DNA of 64,000 nt from a virus: positions 1-64,000 of IMG/VR virus record IMGVR_UViG_3300042874_000422. The stretch is one strand, 5' to 3'. Positions 47,110 through 55,977 of the stretch are shown here, piece after piece. Both the position numbers and the translations under genes were made by a program. The stretch's first letter is position 1, and the number at the start of each line of letters is the position of its first letter. A model generated the notes under the pieces. That model was not told the origin of the DNA. It saw nothing but the letters and a program-made list of their open reading frames with translations, and ran no database searches.

Positions 47110-47438
47110 TTCGAGGCGTTCTCGATCGCTCGGTTCAGGTACCACGCGGCTTTTTTGAGGTCTTCGACGAGCTTCGCGGGATCCTTCTTGCCGGCGCGAC
47201 TGATGTACTTCACCGCGTTGCCGAGCGCGAAATCGAGCTGCCACGCTTCGATCACCTTGATCGCTTCGTAGGTCGTGTCGCCACCGTAGTGGTTCGGGTG
47301 ATTCACCGCCTCGGGTTTGGCATCGGGATGCGGACGACACGGACCCTCATGTTGATCAGGCAACGTGCATTTTCGGCCGGACTTGCACCACGGCAGCCCG
47401 CTGATAACCGACTCACCGATTTCACTTCCCGCTGGCAT
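47106..47438 (-). CDS. DUF3310 family protein
   Basis: VNHPNHY, EAI..IE, F.LGNAVKYISRAGKK, DLKKAAWYL. Confidence 0.9.
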   Translation of the reverse strand: MPAGSEIGESVISGLPWCKSGRKCTLPDQHEGPCRPHPDAKPEAVNHPNHYGGDTTYEAIKVIEAWQLDFALGNAVKYISRAGKKDPAKLVEDLKKAAWYLNRAIENASK

Positions 47439-48108
47439 TGGCTTTCTCCCAGCTGGCGATGATGGTCGGATAAATCGGTCGGAGCAGAGCCAGCATCGCG
47501 TCGGCATACACCCGGACCTCGTATTGCGCGTGCGGATCGCGCCGCAGGCTCAGCAGGTGAAGCGTATTGTGGAGGTCGCACTGCCAATACCACTCCGTGT
47601 ACGTCCCGACGGGAAGAACGGAGCGGGCTAGCTCGGGCGCGAGGCCCATTTCGAGTAGCTGCTCGTAAGCGTCAAACGCCTTGTGGCCGATGTCGACCAT
47701 GATGCGGTTGCACGCAAGCGGATCGTCGACGATCTCAGAAGAGCTGCCCTGCTTGTTCGTCTCGGCCTTGCGCTGCATCCGGTCGCCCGTCGGGACGTAG
47801 AATTCACGAGCGGCTTTGACGTAGCGGTAACTGACTTCGTTGATGCTCGCGGTTCGATGGCGAACGAGCTGCCGCGCGACGAAGATCGGCATCTTCATGT
47901 AGAAGAGCACCTGACAGAATTCGAGCGGCGTCGTGTGACGATTGCGCACGAGGTAGTCGGTCAGCTTCGCGTCTTCGTCGGGCGTCCGCTCCTTGCGGTT
48001 ACGGAAGCTGGTGCGCGCGGTCGATGCTGGCGTGCGATCGGTGCCCATCGTGTCGACGAGCGCGACGAAGCCATGATCGAGGAGCAGAACTTCGTTGAGT
48101 CGTTCCAT
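47422..48108 (-). CDS. thyX: FAD-dependent thymidylate synthase
   Basis: H.TPLE, PIFVARQLVRHRTASINEVSYRY, ELARSVLP, HAQYE.R. Confidence 0.95.
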   Translation of the reverse strand: MERLNEVLLLDHGFVALVDTMGTDRTPASTARTSFRNRKERTPDEDAKLTDYLVRNRHTTPLEFCQVLFYMKMPIFVARQLVRHRTASINEVSYRYVKAAREFYVPTGDRMQRKAETNKQGSSSEIVDDPLACNRIMVDIGHKAFDAYEQLLEMGLAPELARSVLPVGTYTEWYWQCDLHNTLHLLSLRRDPHAQYEVRVYADAMLALLRPIYPTIIASWEKANASGK

Positions 48109-48145
48109 TCGTATGCTTTGTCGGTACCACGAGGGTCCGACAGCT

Positions 48146-48349
48146 CTACGGATCGCGACGTCCTGCATGAAGCCCGGCACGTCGACGTTCTTTCGCCGCT
48201 TCGATCTTCTTCTGCGATCGGAGCTGGCTCGCGGCGGTGAGCTTAGGTCCGCGTTTATTTCGCGGCGCCATCCTCTTCCCGTTCGCCCGTCGCGAGCCGA
48301 CCTTCATCACGTCACCGTTGATGACCCACCACGACGAGCGAATTTCCAT
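48146..48349 (-). CDS. small basic hypothetical protein
   Basis: K/R-rich ORF within the operon. Confidence 0.45.
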   Translation of the reverse strand: MEIRSSWWVINGDVMKVGSRRANGKRMAPRNKRGPKLTAASQLRSQKKIEAAKERRRAGLHAGRRDP

Positions 48350-48371
48350 TCAGACGATCCTACATCGAGGG

Positions 48372-48656
48372 TCAGACACCCGGCAGCGGGGCCCTTGGTG
48401 GCCAGCTCCACGTGCCGGGGTGCTTGTTCTCGTAGGCGCGTTCGCTGATGCCGAGCCGGTAATTGTCGAACAAGGCGCAGCTGGTGCCCAAGCCGTGCTC
48501 TGCGTCGGTGGGTTCGAAGAACACGTGCAGGTTCACCCGGCCATCGACGAGGATCGACGTGATCAGCGCGGGGCGCGACACGATCGGCTGCGTCGGATCA
48601 GAGACGAAGTGATACAGGACGAGGCGGCAGGGCGAGGGCAACATCTGCACGAGCAT
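48372..48656 (-). CDS. hypothetical phage protein
   Basis: PS..R.V.Y, PALIT, VNLHVF, GTWSWPPR. Confidence 0.7.
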   Translation of the reverse strand: MLVQMLPSPCRLVLYHFVSDPTQPIVSRPALITSILVDGRVNLHVFFEPTDAEHGLGTSCALFDNYRLGISERAYENKHPGTWSWPPRAPLPGV

Positions 48657-48673
48657 AGCCCGCCCCTCTGACG

Positions 48674-48940
48674 TTACCGCTTGGTACCTGCGCGAGCGGG
48701 CGCCGTACGAACGGGCGCCGACGCGATCACACGCTCGACCGCGATCACCATCGAGTCCTCTTCGCTCAGCTCTGTCGTCGGGATGCCGTGCGGCGAAGTG
48801 ACCTCGTCCAGCTCTTCAGAGAGTCGCGTCGCGACGCGACGAAGGCGTGTGTACGATTCGAGGGCGCGAGCGCCGGCTGCTTGTACACGTGGGTTCAACG
48901 TGGTGATCGAACCGCCAGGTGTCATCGTGGGCTTGATCAT
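48674..48940 (-). CDS. hypothetical protein
   Basis: ORF within the operon. Confidence 0.5.
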   Translation of the reverse strand: MIKPTMTPGGSITTLNPRVQAAGARALESYTRLRRVATRLSEELDEVTSPHGIPTTELSEEDSMVIAVERVIASAPVRTAPARAGTKR

Positions 48941-48961
48941 ACTCGTACGAGGGTGCAAGAA

Positions 48962-49387
48962 CTAGCGCCGCCTCGGGCCGACCAGGCGATCGTAGAACTT
49001 CTGGAGCATGTCGACGAGCGCTGCCGACGACTTGCTCGCCTCCGACGAGACTTGCTCCATCAGCTCCGCGAATTCTTTGCGGACGAGGTCTTCGTGCGTG
49101 CGGTTTTCTGCGCGCTCGTCCCGCGCAATGCGCGCGTACGTCTCAGCAAGTTGCAGGTGCTTGTGCTCGTAGTCGGCGCGGATCGACTCTCGCTCGGTCG
49201 CCCAGCTCTCCCGCTCCACCGCCCAGTCGGAGCGCTCCTTTTCGCGAGCAGCGTCGGACGCCCGGATGCTCGCTTGATCGGCCCTAAGAGCCTTGAACAA
49301 ATGAATAATCGCATACCCGAAAACGAGCGCGACAACGCCTAGAACGCCGTACTGCCAGGCGGTAGGTGCGATGGAGCTTGATTCCAC
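48962..49387 (-). CDS. TM + coiled-coil protein (holin-like possible)
   Basis: QYGVLGVVALVFGYAI; TAATAT-N6-GTG. Confidence 0.6.
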   Translation of the reverse strand: MESSSIAPTAWQYGVLGVVALVFGYAIIHLFKALRADQASIRASDAAREKERSDWAVERESWATERESIRADYEHKHLQLAETYARIARDERAENRTHEDLVRKEFAELMEQVSSEASKSSAALVDMLQKFYDRLVGPRRR

Positions 49388-49444
49388 CCTGCAATATTAC
49401 ATGGAGGCTCTGACGCCAGACTGCCGCAAAATGTTGCGATTGGC

Positions 49445-49801
49445 CTATTGGTTGGCGTTTAGGGCATCCACGAGCAGTTTGTCGATGTCGCCCGGCGGGA
49501 TCGCACCCTCGACCTTCGTCGTGCCGCGCTTGGTCATGACGCACGTGGTTGGCGTGGCCGTGACGCCGAGCTTGTCGGCGAATGCCTGCAGCTCTTCGTT
49601 CTCGGCGGCGGCGTCGTAGAACATCACCGGGATCTGGCCGGGCTCCAGTACGTCACCGGGCTGGTAGATGTGAAGCGGCGCTCCACGCTTCTTGAGGGCG
49701 TTCACCCGCTTGGTGAATTCCGGCAGGTACTGATCGCACGCGCCGCAGCCGGGCATGGCCCAGACGACGATGAGCACGCTCGTGTTGCGAAGATCGACCA
49801 T
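49445..49801 (-). CDS. thioredoxin-fold protein
   Basis: WAMPGCGAC, GV.ATPT, EG. Confidence 0.8.
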   Translation of the reverse strand: MVDLRNTSVLIVVWAMPGCGACDQYLPEFTKRVNALKKRGAPLHIYQPGDVLEPGQIPVMFYDAAAENEELQAFADKLGVTATPTTCVMTKRGTTKVEGAIPPGDIDKLLVDALNANQ

Positions 49802-49916
49802 CAGTCAGGAAGCTGCCACGCCTCGGGTAGCTTTGGAAGAAACGAGCCGCGCTCGACCTTGCGTAATCCGGGACGCCTGCTCGTTCATGTCGGCCATGAG
49901 GGTTACTGTACCTCTG

Positions 49917-49936
49917 CTTGCAACTGAGCTTCAACT
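49917..49936 (-). promoter_or_regulatory. duplicated promoter element (second copy at 51035-51054)
   Basis: CTTGCAAC[T/C]GAGCTTCAACT, 19 of 20 identical; on the minus strand TTGAAG-N17/18-TANAGT-N7-ATG. Confidence 0.7.
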
Positions 49937-49952
49937 TCGGACCGTCTACGTA

Positions 49953-50717
49953 ATGTACCCCCGAGCCATCGGCTTACTCGCGACGAGGAACCGCCACGAA
50001 CTGGCGCACCAGGCCGCGCACGCCTTTTTGGACCAGCAGTACGCGGGCGATAAGACGTTGCTCATCTATGACGACAGCCAAACGCCATTCGCCCTCTGCG
50101 ACGAATTGCGACAGTTCGATGTCGTCGTGAAGAACATCGCGCCTACGAGGCTTCCGGTGAAACGGAACCAAATGATGCGATTGGCCATCGAGCGCGATCC
50201 CGAAGCGATCTACTTCGTCTGGGATGACGACGATTACATCAGCCCGCATCGCGTGCGGCGCCAGATCGAAGCGCTGCTCGCCAACCCAAACGCCGACGGT
50301 TGCATCCTGTGCCCGTACCTGACGTACGACGTCACTACGCGAGAGGTCGCGCAGCTCGGCAAGGCGAACATCACCGGGCTACGGCTTCGCGTGTTCGCCG
50401 ACGCCACGCTCGCGTTCCGACGACGATTGTGGGAACGGCTGCCGTGGGACGAGACCCGCGATCCGAACGCTTGTTGGCGCTGGATGCGTGAACCCGTCGA
50501 CCGCATCGTCGACATCCCAGGCGATGACGACTACATCGTGATCCGTCACCCGACGAATCACACGGTAGGCATGCTCCCCAAGACGTTTCACCCTCAGCTA
50601 CGCACGCTGGACGTCCGGCTCTCGGCCGACGACGTCGAGCGGCGAATCACGGCGCGTTGTACGTGTCCGCGTCGCCAGGGCCCGCCAGCGTGTGGGGATC
50701 CCAGAACAGCACGTTGA
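49953..50717 (+). CDS. glycosyltransferase family 2
   Basis: TRNR, Q.Y, LIYDD, KRN, VWDDDDY.SP.R. Confidence 0.8.
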   Translation: MYPRAIGLLATRNRHELAHQAAHAFLDQQYAGDKTLLIYDDSQTPFALCDELRQFDVVVKNIAPTRLPVKRNQMMRLAIERDPEAIYFVWDDDDYISPHRVRRQIEALLANPNADGCILCPYLTYDVTTREVAQLGKANITGLRLRVFADATLAFRRRLWERLPWDETRDPNACWRWMREPVDRIVDIPGDDDYIVIRHPTNHTVGMLPKTFHPQLRTLDVRLSADDVERRITARCTCPRRQGPPACGDPRTAR

Positions 50718-51015
50718 TCTCGGCGTCAGCGGCGTTGTCGTTGCTGAAGATGACGTGGATGGTGTTCGTCACGGCGCTGAGCGTGGGCTCGCCGTGCGTG
50801 ATGAACGTCCACGCCGAGATCGGCGACATCGGCATCACCTGGACGCGCGACGGGTCCGTGAAACCCGGCTCGGCGACCGAGTTAGCGACGAAGTTCTGAT
50901 TCACCTGACGAAGTCCGGTGTCGATGTCTAGGACGCCAGGGGCGCCGCCGTTGACGCCTGCCGGAATCGTGGCCCGGATACGGTTCCAAAGGAGATTGCC
51001 CGCGTTGGTGCTCAT
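50647..51015 (-). CDS. putative virion protein, MSTNAG family copy 3
   Basis: MSTNAGNLLWNR, NVLFWDPHT..GPG.A.TY. Confidence 0.75.
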   Translation of the reverse strand: MSTNAGNLLWNRIRATIPAGVNGGAPGVLDIDTGLRQVNQNFVANSVAEPGFTDPSRVQVMPMSPISAWTFITHGEPTLSAVTNTIHVIFSNDNAADAEINVLFWDPHTLAGPGDADTYNAP

Positions 51016-51137
51016 GACCCACACTCTACCCCCGCTTGCAACCGAGCTTCAACTCGTGCGATACGGGCCGGATCGTGGGGTGGACAGACGACGAGAGGAT
51101 CGAGCGAGCCCTGTGCGAGCTAGCCGACCACTGGTGG

Positions 51138-52127
51138 CTAATCTTCGGCGACGATCGTCCACGCGCCGCCGGCGGGGCCGACGTTGCCGTTGGTGATGTG
51201 GACCGAGAGATAGTCCGCACACGGGTTGGTGAGCTGAACGTTGACGGGAACGTCTGCGGGGGCGGCGAGCTGTTCGAACGCCTTGACCTCGAAGACAGGC
51301 GTGAACGAACCAACTGGATGCTCGTTGATGTTGCGAATGAGGCCAACGCGGTAATCAACGATCTGCGCCGGAATACCGTCGAAATTGTGCGAGAGGAGCG
51401 AGATGCCGATGCTCTTACGTCCGTAGATCGGAATCATCGCGAAGTAACCCGAGTTACCAGCGCCGAGCCCCCAAAGCCCCTCGCGCGCCATCGCAGCACG
51501 CTTGGTGGGTGGCGAGAACGCGGGCAGCTTGGCGTAGAACTGGAGATGTAAAAACGGCGCTTCTGTCGGCGTGAACGCACCCGTTACGCCGAACATGTTC
51601 GTGAACTGCTGACCTGCGTAGTAGCCGGTCGTCGTTCCGAACTGACCGCCGTGCCCATTCGCACCGACACCCTGGGCCAGATCGTTGTTGGACGGCTTGG
51701 GGCCCCACGGAAACACGTAGGCGGTCCCGGCCTGCATCGCGTCCCACCACGACTGGTTCGCGGTGCCCAGCGTGGGCTCCTTCTGCGTCGCTTGCGAGAA
51801 CAGCAGCGGCGCTTCGCGCGTGATGATGCGCGGGAGACTGACGACCAGCTCGGGGAGCATGACATCAGCCGGCGGGATGTTGAGCGTCTTCAGCCGATCC
51901 CACGTGTACCAGCAACGATCGATCGTGCTGCGCGGGCCGATCGCGACCGCCGCCACCGACGACGGCACTGGACGGCTGCCGGGCGGTGGCCACTGCAGGT
52001 TGATCTCGGGTGTGACAGCGCCCGGCGTATCTGACCGAACGCCCCAGTCCGTGAATTCAAGCTCGAAGACGTCGTTGCTACGCGCGAGCGCGTCTTCGAA
52101 CGGGAAGCTGTGCAGGGATTGAGGCAT
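51138..52127 (-). CDS. putative minor capsid/vertex protein
   Basis: Beta-rich C-terminus; downstream of the capsid candidates; GGAGAG SD. Confidence 0.55.
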   Translation of the reverse strand: MPQSLHSFPFEDALARSNDVFELEFTDWGVRSDTPGAVTPEINLQWPPPGSRPVPSSVAAVAIGPRSTIDRCWYTWDRLKTLNIPPADVMLPELVVSLPRIITREAPLLFSQATQKEPTLGTANQSWWDAMQAGTAYVFPWGPKPSNNDLAQGVGANGHGGQFGTTTGYYAGQQFTNMFGVTGAFTPTEAPFLHLQFYAKLPAFSPPTKRAAMAREGLWGLGAGNSGYFAMIPIYGRKSIGISLLSHNFDGIPAQIVDYRVGLIRNINEHPVGSFTPVFEVKAFEQLAAPADVPVNVQLTNPCADYLSVHITNGNVGPAGGAWTIVAED

Positions 52128-52139
52128 GGTCTCTCCGCG

Positions 52140-52463
52140 TTAAACGACGTCGCTGTTGGGCTTGACCGGGATTGCCTCGGACGCAGCCACCGAAATGATG
52201 ACGCCGGTGCCGATGCCGACGGCGTAGAGCGCCTGACCCGGCGCGAGGACGAACGTGTCCTCTTTGTTGATCGGAATGATCCAGGCGTTCGCGAACACAG
52301 GGATGTTCGACAGCGTGCCGACGTCATGCGCGAGCAGCGCATTGTTCGGTCCGAAGTTGCGAACGACCACACGAAGCGGCACGCCAGCGGCCTTCATCAA
52401 GGTCGCAGGATTCTGCGTGCCCTGAATCGGGAGAACGAGGCTGTTCAGCTGTGAAGGCTGCAT
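52140..52463 (-). CDS. small beta-sandwich (penton-like) protein
   Basis: GGAGG SD; VVVRN.G, FVLAPGQALYA. Confidence 0.55.
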   Translation of the reverse strand: MQPSQLNSLVLPIQGTQNPATLMKAAGVPLRVVVRNFGPNNALLAHDVGTLSNIPVFANAWIIPINKEDTFVLAPGQALYAVGIGTGVIISVAASEAIPVKPNSDVV

Positions 52464-52483
52464 GTCGGACCCTCCGAGTAGAA

Positions 52484-53014
52484 CTAGCGCGTGTTCGACG
52501 GCGGTGCGACTTGCAGGAGAAACCCTTGAAAGCCCACTTCGATGCGGAGCGAGACGAGCGGATCGACGGGAACCGCCGTCGGGATCTGCGCGCCATCCCA
52601 CGTCGGCAGCGCGAGCGTGTCAACCACGACCTGGAAGCCCTCGGAGCGGATCAGGTAGTACGGCTCGGCCCACTCCCACGTCCGCTCGCTGCTGCCCTTG
52701 GTGAGCAGGTTTATCAGCGTCGGATTCTTCGTCATGATGACGTTCTTGCCGAAGTCGTTGATGCGCAGGCGCACCAATTCAGCAAGCATGTCTTGCGACG
52801 GCTGGTTCGGCAGCACGCCGTTCGCGTCGTCGAGCGCGGTGATGCGCGGGATCATGCGGTGGCACTCGAAGGGCATGTCGATGTTGTTGGTGAACACCGC
52901 GTCGGGGAACTGCGTGCCCGACTGACTGCCCTGCATGATGATTTCACCTGGCATCTCGTACGGGATGCGCATGGTGATTTCGCGATTGGCCCACGTGCTC
53001 GGAAGACGACCCAT
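52484..53014 (-). CDS. candidate small single jelly-roll major capsid protein (176 aa)
   Basis: AAGGAG SD; alternating beta pattern PFECHRMI, VRLRIND, PYYL, FQVVV, IEVGFQG. Confidence 0.5.
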   Translation of the reverse strand: MGRLPSTWANREITMRIPYEMPGEIIMQGSQSGTQFPDAVFTNNIDMPFECHRMIPRITALDDANGVLPNQPSQDMLAELVRLRINDFGKNVIMTKNPTLINLLTKGSSERTWEWAEPYYLIRSEGFQVVVDTLALPTWDGAQIPTAVPVDPLVSLRIEVGFQGFLLQVAPPSNTR

Positions 53015-53087
53015 GTCAGCAGCTCCTTGTCGACGTTTTAACTTGATGTCGACGTCCAAACCCTATCACGGTGCCGACCCGTTGGTC

Positions 53088-53399
53088 ATGTTCAAGGCTC
53101 CGACCATCGGTCCGCACATGTACCTGGTCGTGGCGACGATCTCGACGTGGCCCGAGGCGTTCGACCGTAAGACCGCCGACAAGGCGCTCGCGGCGTTCGT
53201 CGAACCACTCGATATGGACACGATACTGTCGACGTTCGACACGAACGTTCAGCTCGAAGAGCGAGCCCTCAACTGGGCCGACGTCATCGGTTTCCTCGCT
53301 CGCATCACCCAGCGAACGAATGACCTGGTACCGACGAACGTCGGCGTCGCGTTCTGGGCGCACTACCTACTTTGGGAAAACCAACAAGGAACGAATTGA
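53088..53399 (+). CDS. hypothetical protein
   Basis: ORF 1 bp upstream of the next gene. Confidence 0.5.
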   Translation: MFKAPTIGPHMYLVVATISTWPEAFDRKTADKALAAFVEPLDMDTILSTFDTNVQLEERALNWADVIGFLARITQRTNDLVPTNVGVAFWAHYLLWENQQGTN

Positions 53400-53400
53400 G

Positions 53401-53919
53401 ATGAAGATTTACGTCGCAGCGGCATCCAGCGAGATCGAGCGCGCAGAGAAGCGCATGGCGCAGCTTAAGGAGATCGGCTTCGACGTCGTCTCGACGTGGC
53501 CAGAGGTCATCCGCAAGGTCGGCTCCGCGAACCCAATAGAGGCGTCGCGCGAGGACCGCGCGACGTGGGCTGCCGAGGATCTATCCCAAGTCGCGACGGC
53601 GGAAGTGCTCTGGTACCTGATCCCCGAGAGCGCGCCGACGGACGGCGCTAACGTCGAATTCGGCTACGCCTTGATGCTCGGCGTGATGTCGCAGGAAGCC
53701 CGCGCCGCCGGGATCAACGCCCCCGTCTATCGCTTGCTCACGTCGGGCAAAGAGCGGTCGATCTTCACGGCGCTCGCGATCCATTACAAGACCGACGAAG
53801 AGGCGCTCACGGCGCTCAGGGTTCAGCTTGGCTTCCACCAGATGCTGGCCGGAAAAACGAAAAGCCCCGGAGCTTCCTCCGGGGCCGGACTCGACGGGCC
53901 GTCGAGCGAAGGTGGTTAG
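53401..53919 (+). CDS. nucleoside 2-deoxyribosyltransferase-like protein
   Basis: MKIYVAA, V.STW, DL..V, G..VEFGYA. Confidence 0.7.
   Translation: MKIYVAAASSEIERAEKRMAQLKEIGFDVVSTWPEVIRKVGSANPIEASREDRATWAAEDLSQVATAEVLWYLIPESAPTDGANVEFGYALMLGVMSQEARAAGINAPVYRLLTSGKERSIFTALAIHYKTDEEALTALRVQLGFHQMLAGKTKSPGASSGAGLDGPSSEGG
53853..53885 (-). terminator. intrinsic terminator (minus strand)
   Basis: GCCCCGGAG-GAAG-CTCCGGGGC then TTTTCGTTTTT. Confidence 0.7.
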
Positions 53920-54225
53920 GGCGTCCAGCGAGTGCGATCTCGGCACGGCCCAAACCCGGGCGGCGTGCCCAGCGCCTCACCAATCTCCCAGCCGTAACGC
54001 TGGACCCGACGAGCAACCAATTCGTAGCGGACGTTAGCCAGCTCAGCCCATTCGCTGATGGTCCGCGATTGGCCGTTCAGCTCGTACCGGCGCGTAGTGC
54101 GTTGGTTCCGGTTCTGCTCGGTGGGTGTCGCCCACCTGATGTTGCCGGGCTCGTAATGCCCGTCATTATCGATGCGATCCAACGAGAACAATCGCTCCGA
54201 TCCGTGGTCACGCGGCGGCCTCGAT
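53916..54225 (-). pseudogene. C-terminal half of an HNH homing endonuclease
   Basis: SLDRIDNDGHYEPGNIRWAT..EQNRN, NG...TISEWAE. Confidence 0.85.
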
Positions 54226-54247
54226 GCGAACGAGGGCCGCCGCAAAC

Positions 54248-54463
54248 TTATCGAGGGTTGCGGCGACGACCGCCGCCACCGGCTGTGTCGAGCGCATCTA
54301 CATCTGCGACGTCGACGGTGGTCCTCCCGTACACGCGGCGCGTGTGTAGGTCACCGCGAGCAATGGCTCGCCAAATGGTCGACGCGCTGACACCACGTCG
54401 AGCGGCAGCGGCTTCGATCGTGACCTGCCGGGCCAGATCGACGATGCGAGAGAGTGATTTCAT
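54248..54463 (-). CDS. small excisionase-like HTH protein
   Basis: TIEAAAARRGVSASTIWRAIARGDL. Confidence 0.7.
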   Translation of the reverse strand: MKSLSRIVDLARQVTIEAAAARRGVSASTIWRAIARGDLHTRRVYGRTTVDVADVDALDTAGGGGRRRNPR

Positions 54464-54536
54464 GTGAGTCATGCGATGCTTTCTGTCGCATGCCTCGCCG
54501 TGGTCCATGGCGAGCATTACTAGTGACACCGATGTC

Positions 54537-54779
54537 ATGCCTGGCCCTCGTCGAACGAGACCCAAGAAAGCGCCTCGCACCGCCAAGAAGCTGGCGAAGC
54601 GCAAGCGCAAGCGCACGACCGCGCGGAAGCCGCGTGACGTGGAGGTCACCCGCCGTTCACTAGCGATCGCGTCCTGTGACAATGCGACCCGCGCTCGATG
54701 CGCGGGAGGGACACGGCGTGCCCGCCTTGGCAGGATGTGTCCACCCGACACGTGTGGGCGCACACTGCGTGCATTGTGA
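54537..54779 (+). CDS. small basic Cys-containing protein
   Basis: MPGPRRTRPKKAPRTAKKLAKRKRKR... Confidence 0.5.
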   Translation: MPGPRRTRPKKAPRTAKKLAKRKRKRTTARKPRDVEVTRRSLAIASCDNATRARCAGGTRRARLGRMCPPDTCGRTLRAL

Positions 54780-54963
54780 TGCCGCGACCGCCGTAGTCCG
54801 GGTACGGCTCGCTGCGCTTGTTGAAGCACCGCGTCTTGATGCTCGACCAGGCACGGTAGAGGGCGTTCACGGTTGTGCCGGTGGCGCGCGTGCCTCTGGC
54901 CGCACCGTGCTTGGCGCTAGCGATATTCCGCGCGACGAGATCTGGTCGAGGTCCAACACCCAT
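54770..54963 (-). pseudogene. N-terminal half of the same HNH endonuclease
   Basis: KHG..LYRAWSSIKTRCFN....YPDYGGRGITM. Confidence 0.85.
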
Positions 54964-54994
54964 GACCGACCGTCGCACGCAGGTCAGACAAACG

Positions 54995-55020
54995 AAAAGC
55001 CGCCCACGTTGGGCGGCTTT
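54995..55020 (-). terminator. intrinsic terminator after the capsid candidate
   Basis: AAAGCCGCCC-AACGT-GGGCGGCTTTT. Confidence 0.85.
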
Positions 55021-55059
55021 GGTTGCCGAAGCAGCTACGCCTAAATAGGCGTAATTGCT

Positions 55060-55770
55060 TTAGACAACGCTCCTCTTGATGAGGCCGTAGAGGTACGTCT
55101 TGACGTCCGCGAACGTCAGAGCCGCACCGTTGTCAGCAGCCGCCTGGCTGATGACGATCGGCGCCTCGGGCTGGAACGACATCTTGAAGCCGAGGTTCTC
55201 GCGGAGGTCGATCGGCAGGACCATCGCGTTGCGATCACGGGGCGACGGGACGCCGTTCTGCGCCAGCTCGAATGAGCTGGTCGTGGCGAACACGTAGTAG
55301 CCGTGACCCTGCGGGTAGTCCTGCATCACGCCGTACGTGTAGACCTTCCCGTTGTACGAGAATTCCAGGTACGTCACGCGATCGAACTGGAACAGCGTGT
55401 TGAGGATCGGCGGGGCCGAGAGCGCGCCCGAGCCGTCCGCGAGGACAGGCTGCGTCGGGTTCGCCGTCGGGCCGCGCATGACGCGGACCATCTTCACGCC
55501 GATGCCGTACACGTACATCTCCCACGACTGCGGCAGACCGGAGTCGCCGTTACGGGGGACGTTGGTGTCGACGCGCGTCGAGGCGCGCGTGCCGCCCGGG
55601 ATGGGCTGCGAGCGGCCAGCCGTGAACGCCTCGACCGGCGAGGTCTGGGTGTTCGTGATCTGGACGGTGCTGTAGAGCTTGTCGTCGATCCAGTCGCTGA
55701 TCGCGACCGTCTGCCCGTTGGGCAGGGTGAGGGTCGTGGTTCCGGGTGCTACGCCAACAGTTCCAGCCAT
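55060..55770 (-). CDS. candidate large single jelly-roll major capsid protein (236 aa)
   Basis: AGGAG SD, own terminator, strong codon bias, all-beta pattern (LYST, DTN, GLP, MYVYGIGV, LEFSYNGK, P.G.G, NGVP, LPI.L, YLYG..R.V). Confidence 0.6.
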   Translation of the reverse strand: MAGTVGVAPGTTTLTLPNGQTVAISDWIDDKLYSTVQITNTQTSPVEAFTAGRSQPIPGGTRASTRVDTNVPRNGDSGLPQSWEMYVYGIGVKMVRVMRGPTANPTQPVLADGSGALSAPPILNTLFQFDRVTYLEFSYNGKVYTYGVMQDYPQGHGYYVFATTSSFELAQNGVPSPRDRNAMVLPIDLRENLGFKMSFQPEAPIVISQAAADNGAALTFADVKTYLYGLIKRSVV

Positions 55771-55779
55771 GTCACGTTC

Positions 55780-55975
55780 TCCTGAGAAGAGGGTCTAGGA
55801 AGCCCGAACGTCGGGGGACGTCCCCCTGGGTTCGGTAGGCCGCGAAACACGCGGCTTGGCCGGCTTAAACGGGGTCGAACCGTCTCCTCCCTCGGGCCTT
55901 GAACCTTCGGGTGCTCTCACCGGAGAGCTTGTCAGCCGTCGACACGGGTTGCCCCGTGCGAGCGAGTTGTCAGGG
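55780..55975 (-). ncRNA. structured intergenic leader of the capsid gene
   Basis: Stems CACGGG-GCAA-CCCGTG, GCTCTC/GAGAGC, ACGG-TTCGACC-CCGT, GCCGCG/CGCGGC, GGGGG-ACGT-CCCCC. Confidence 0.5.
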
Positions 55976-55977
55976 AA

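Noticed and set aside
53916-54963. Group I intron or diversity-generating retroelement
   Set aside because: No recognisable intron core, no reverse transcriptase, and no template/variable repeat pair differing only at adenines.
55865-55885. tRNA-like GGTTCGACCCC
   Set aside because: No acceptor, D or anticodon arms at tRNA spacing; kept only as part of the structured leader.
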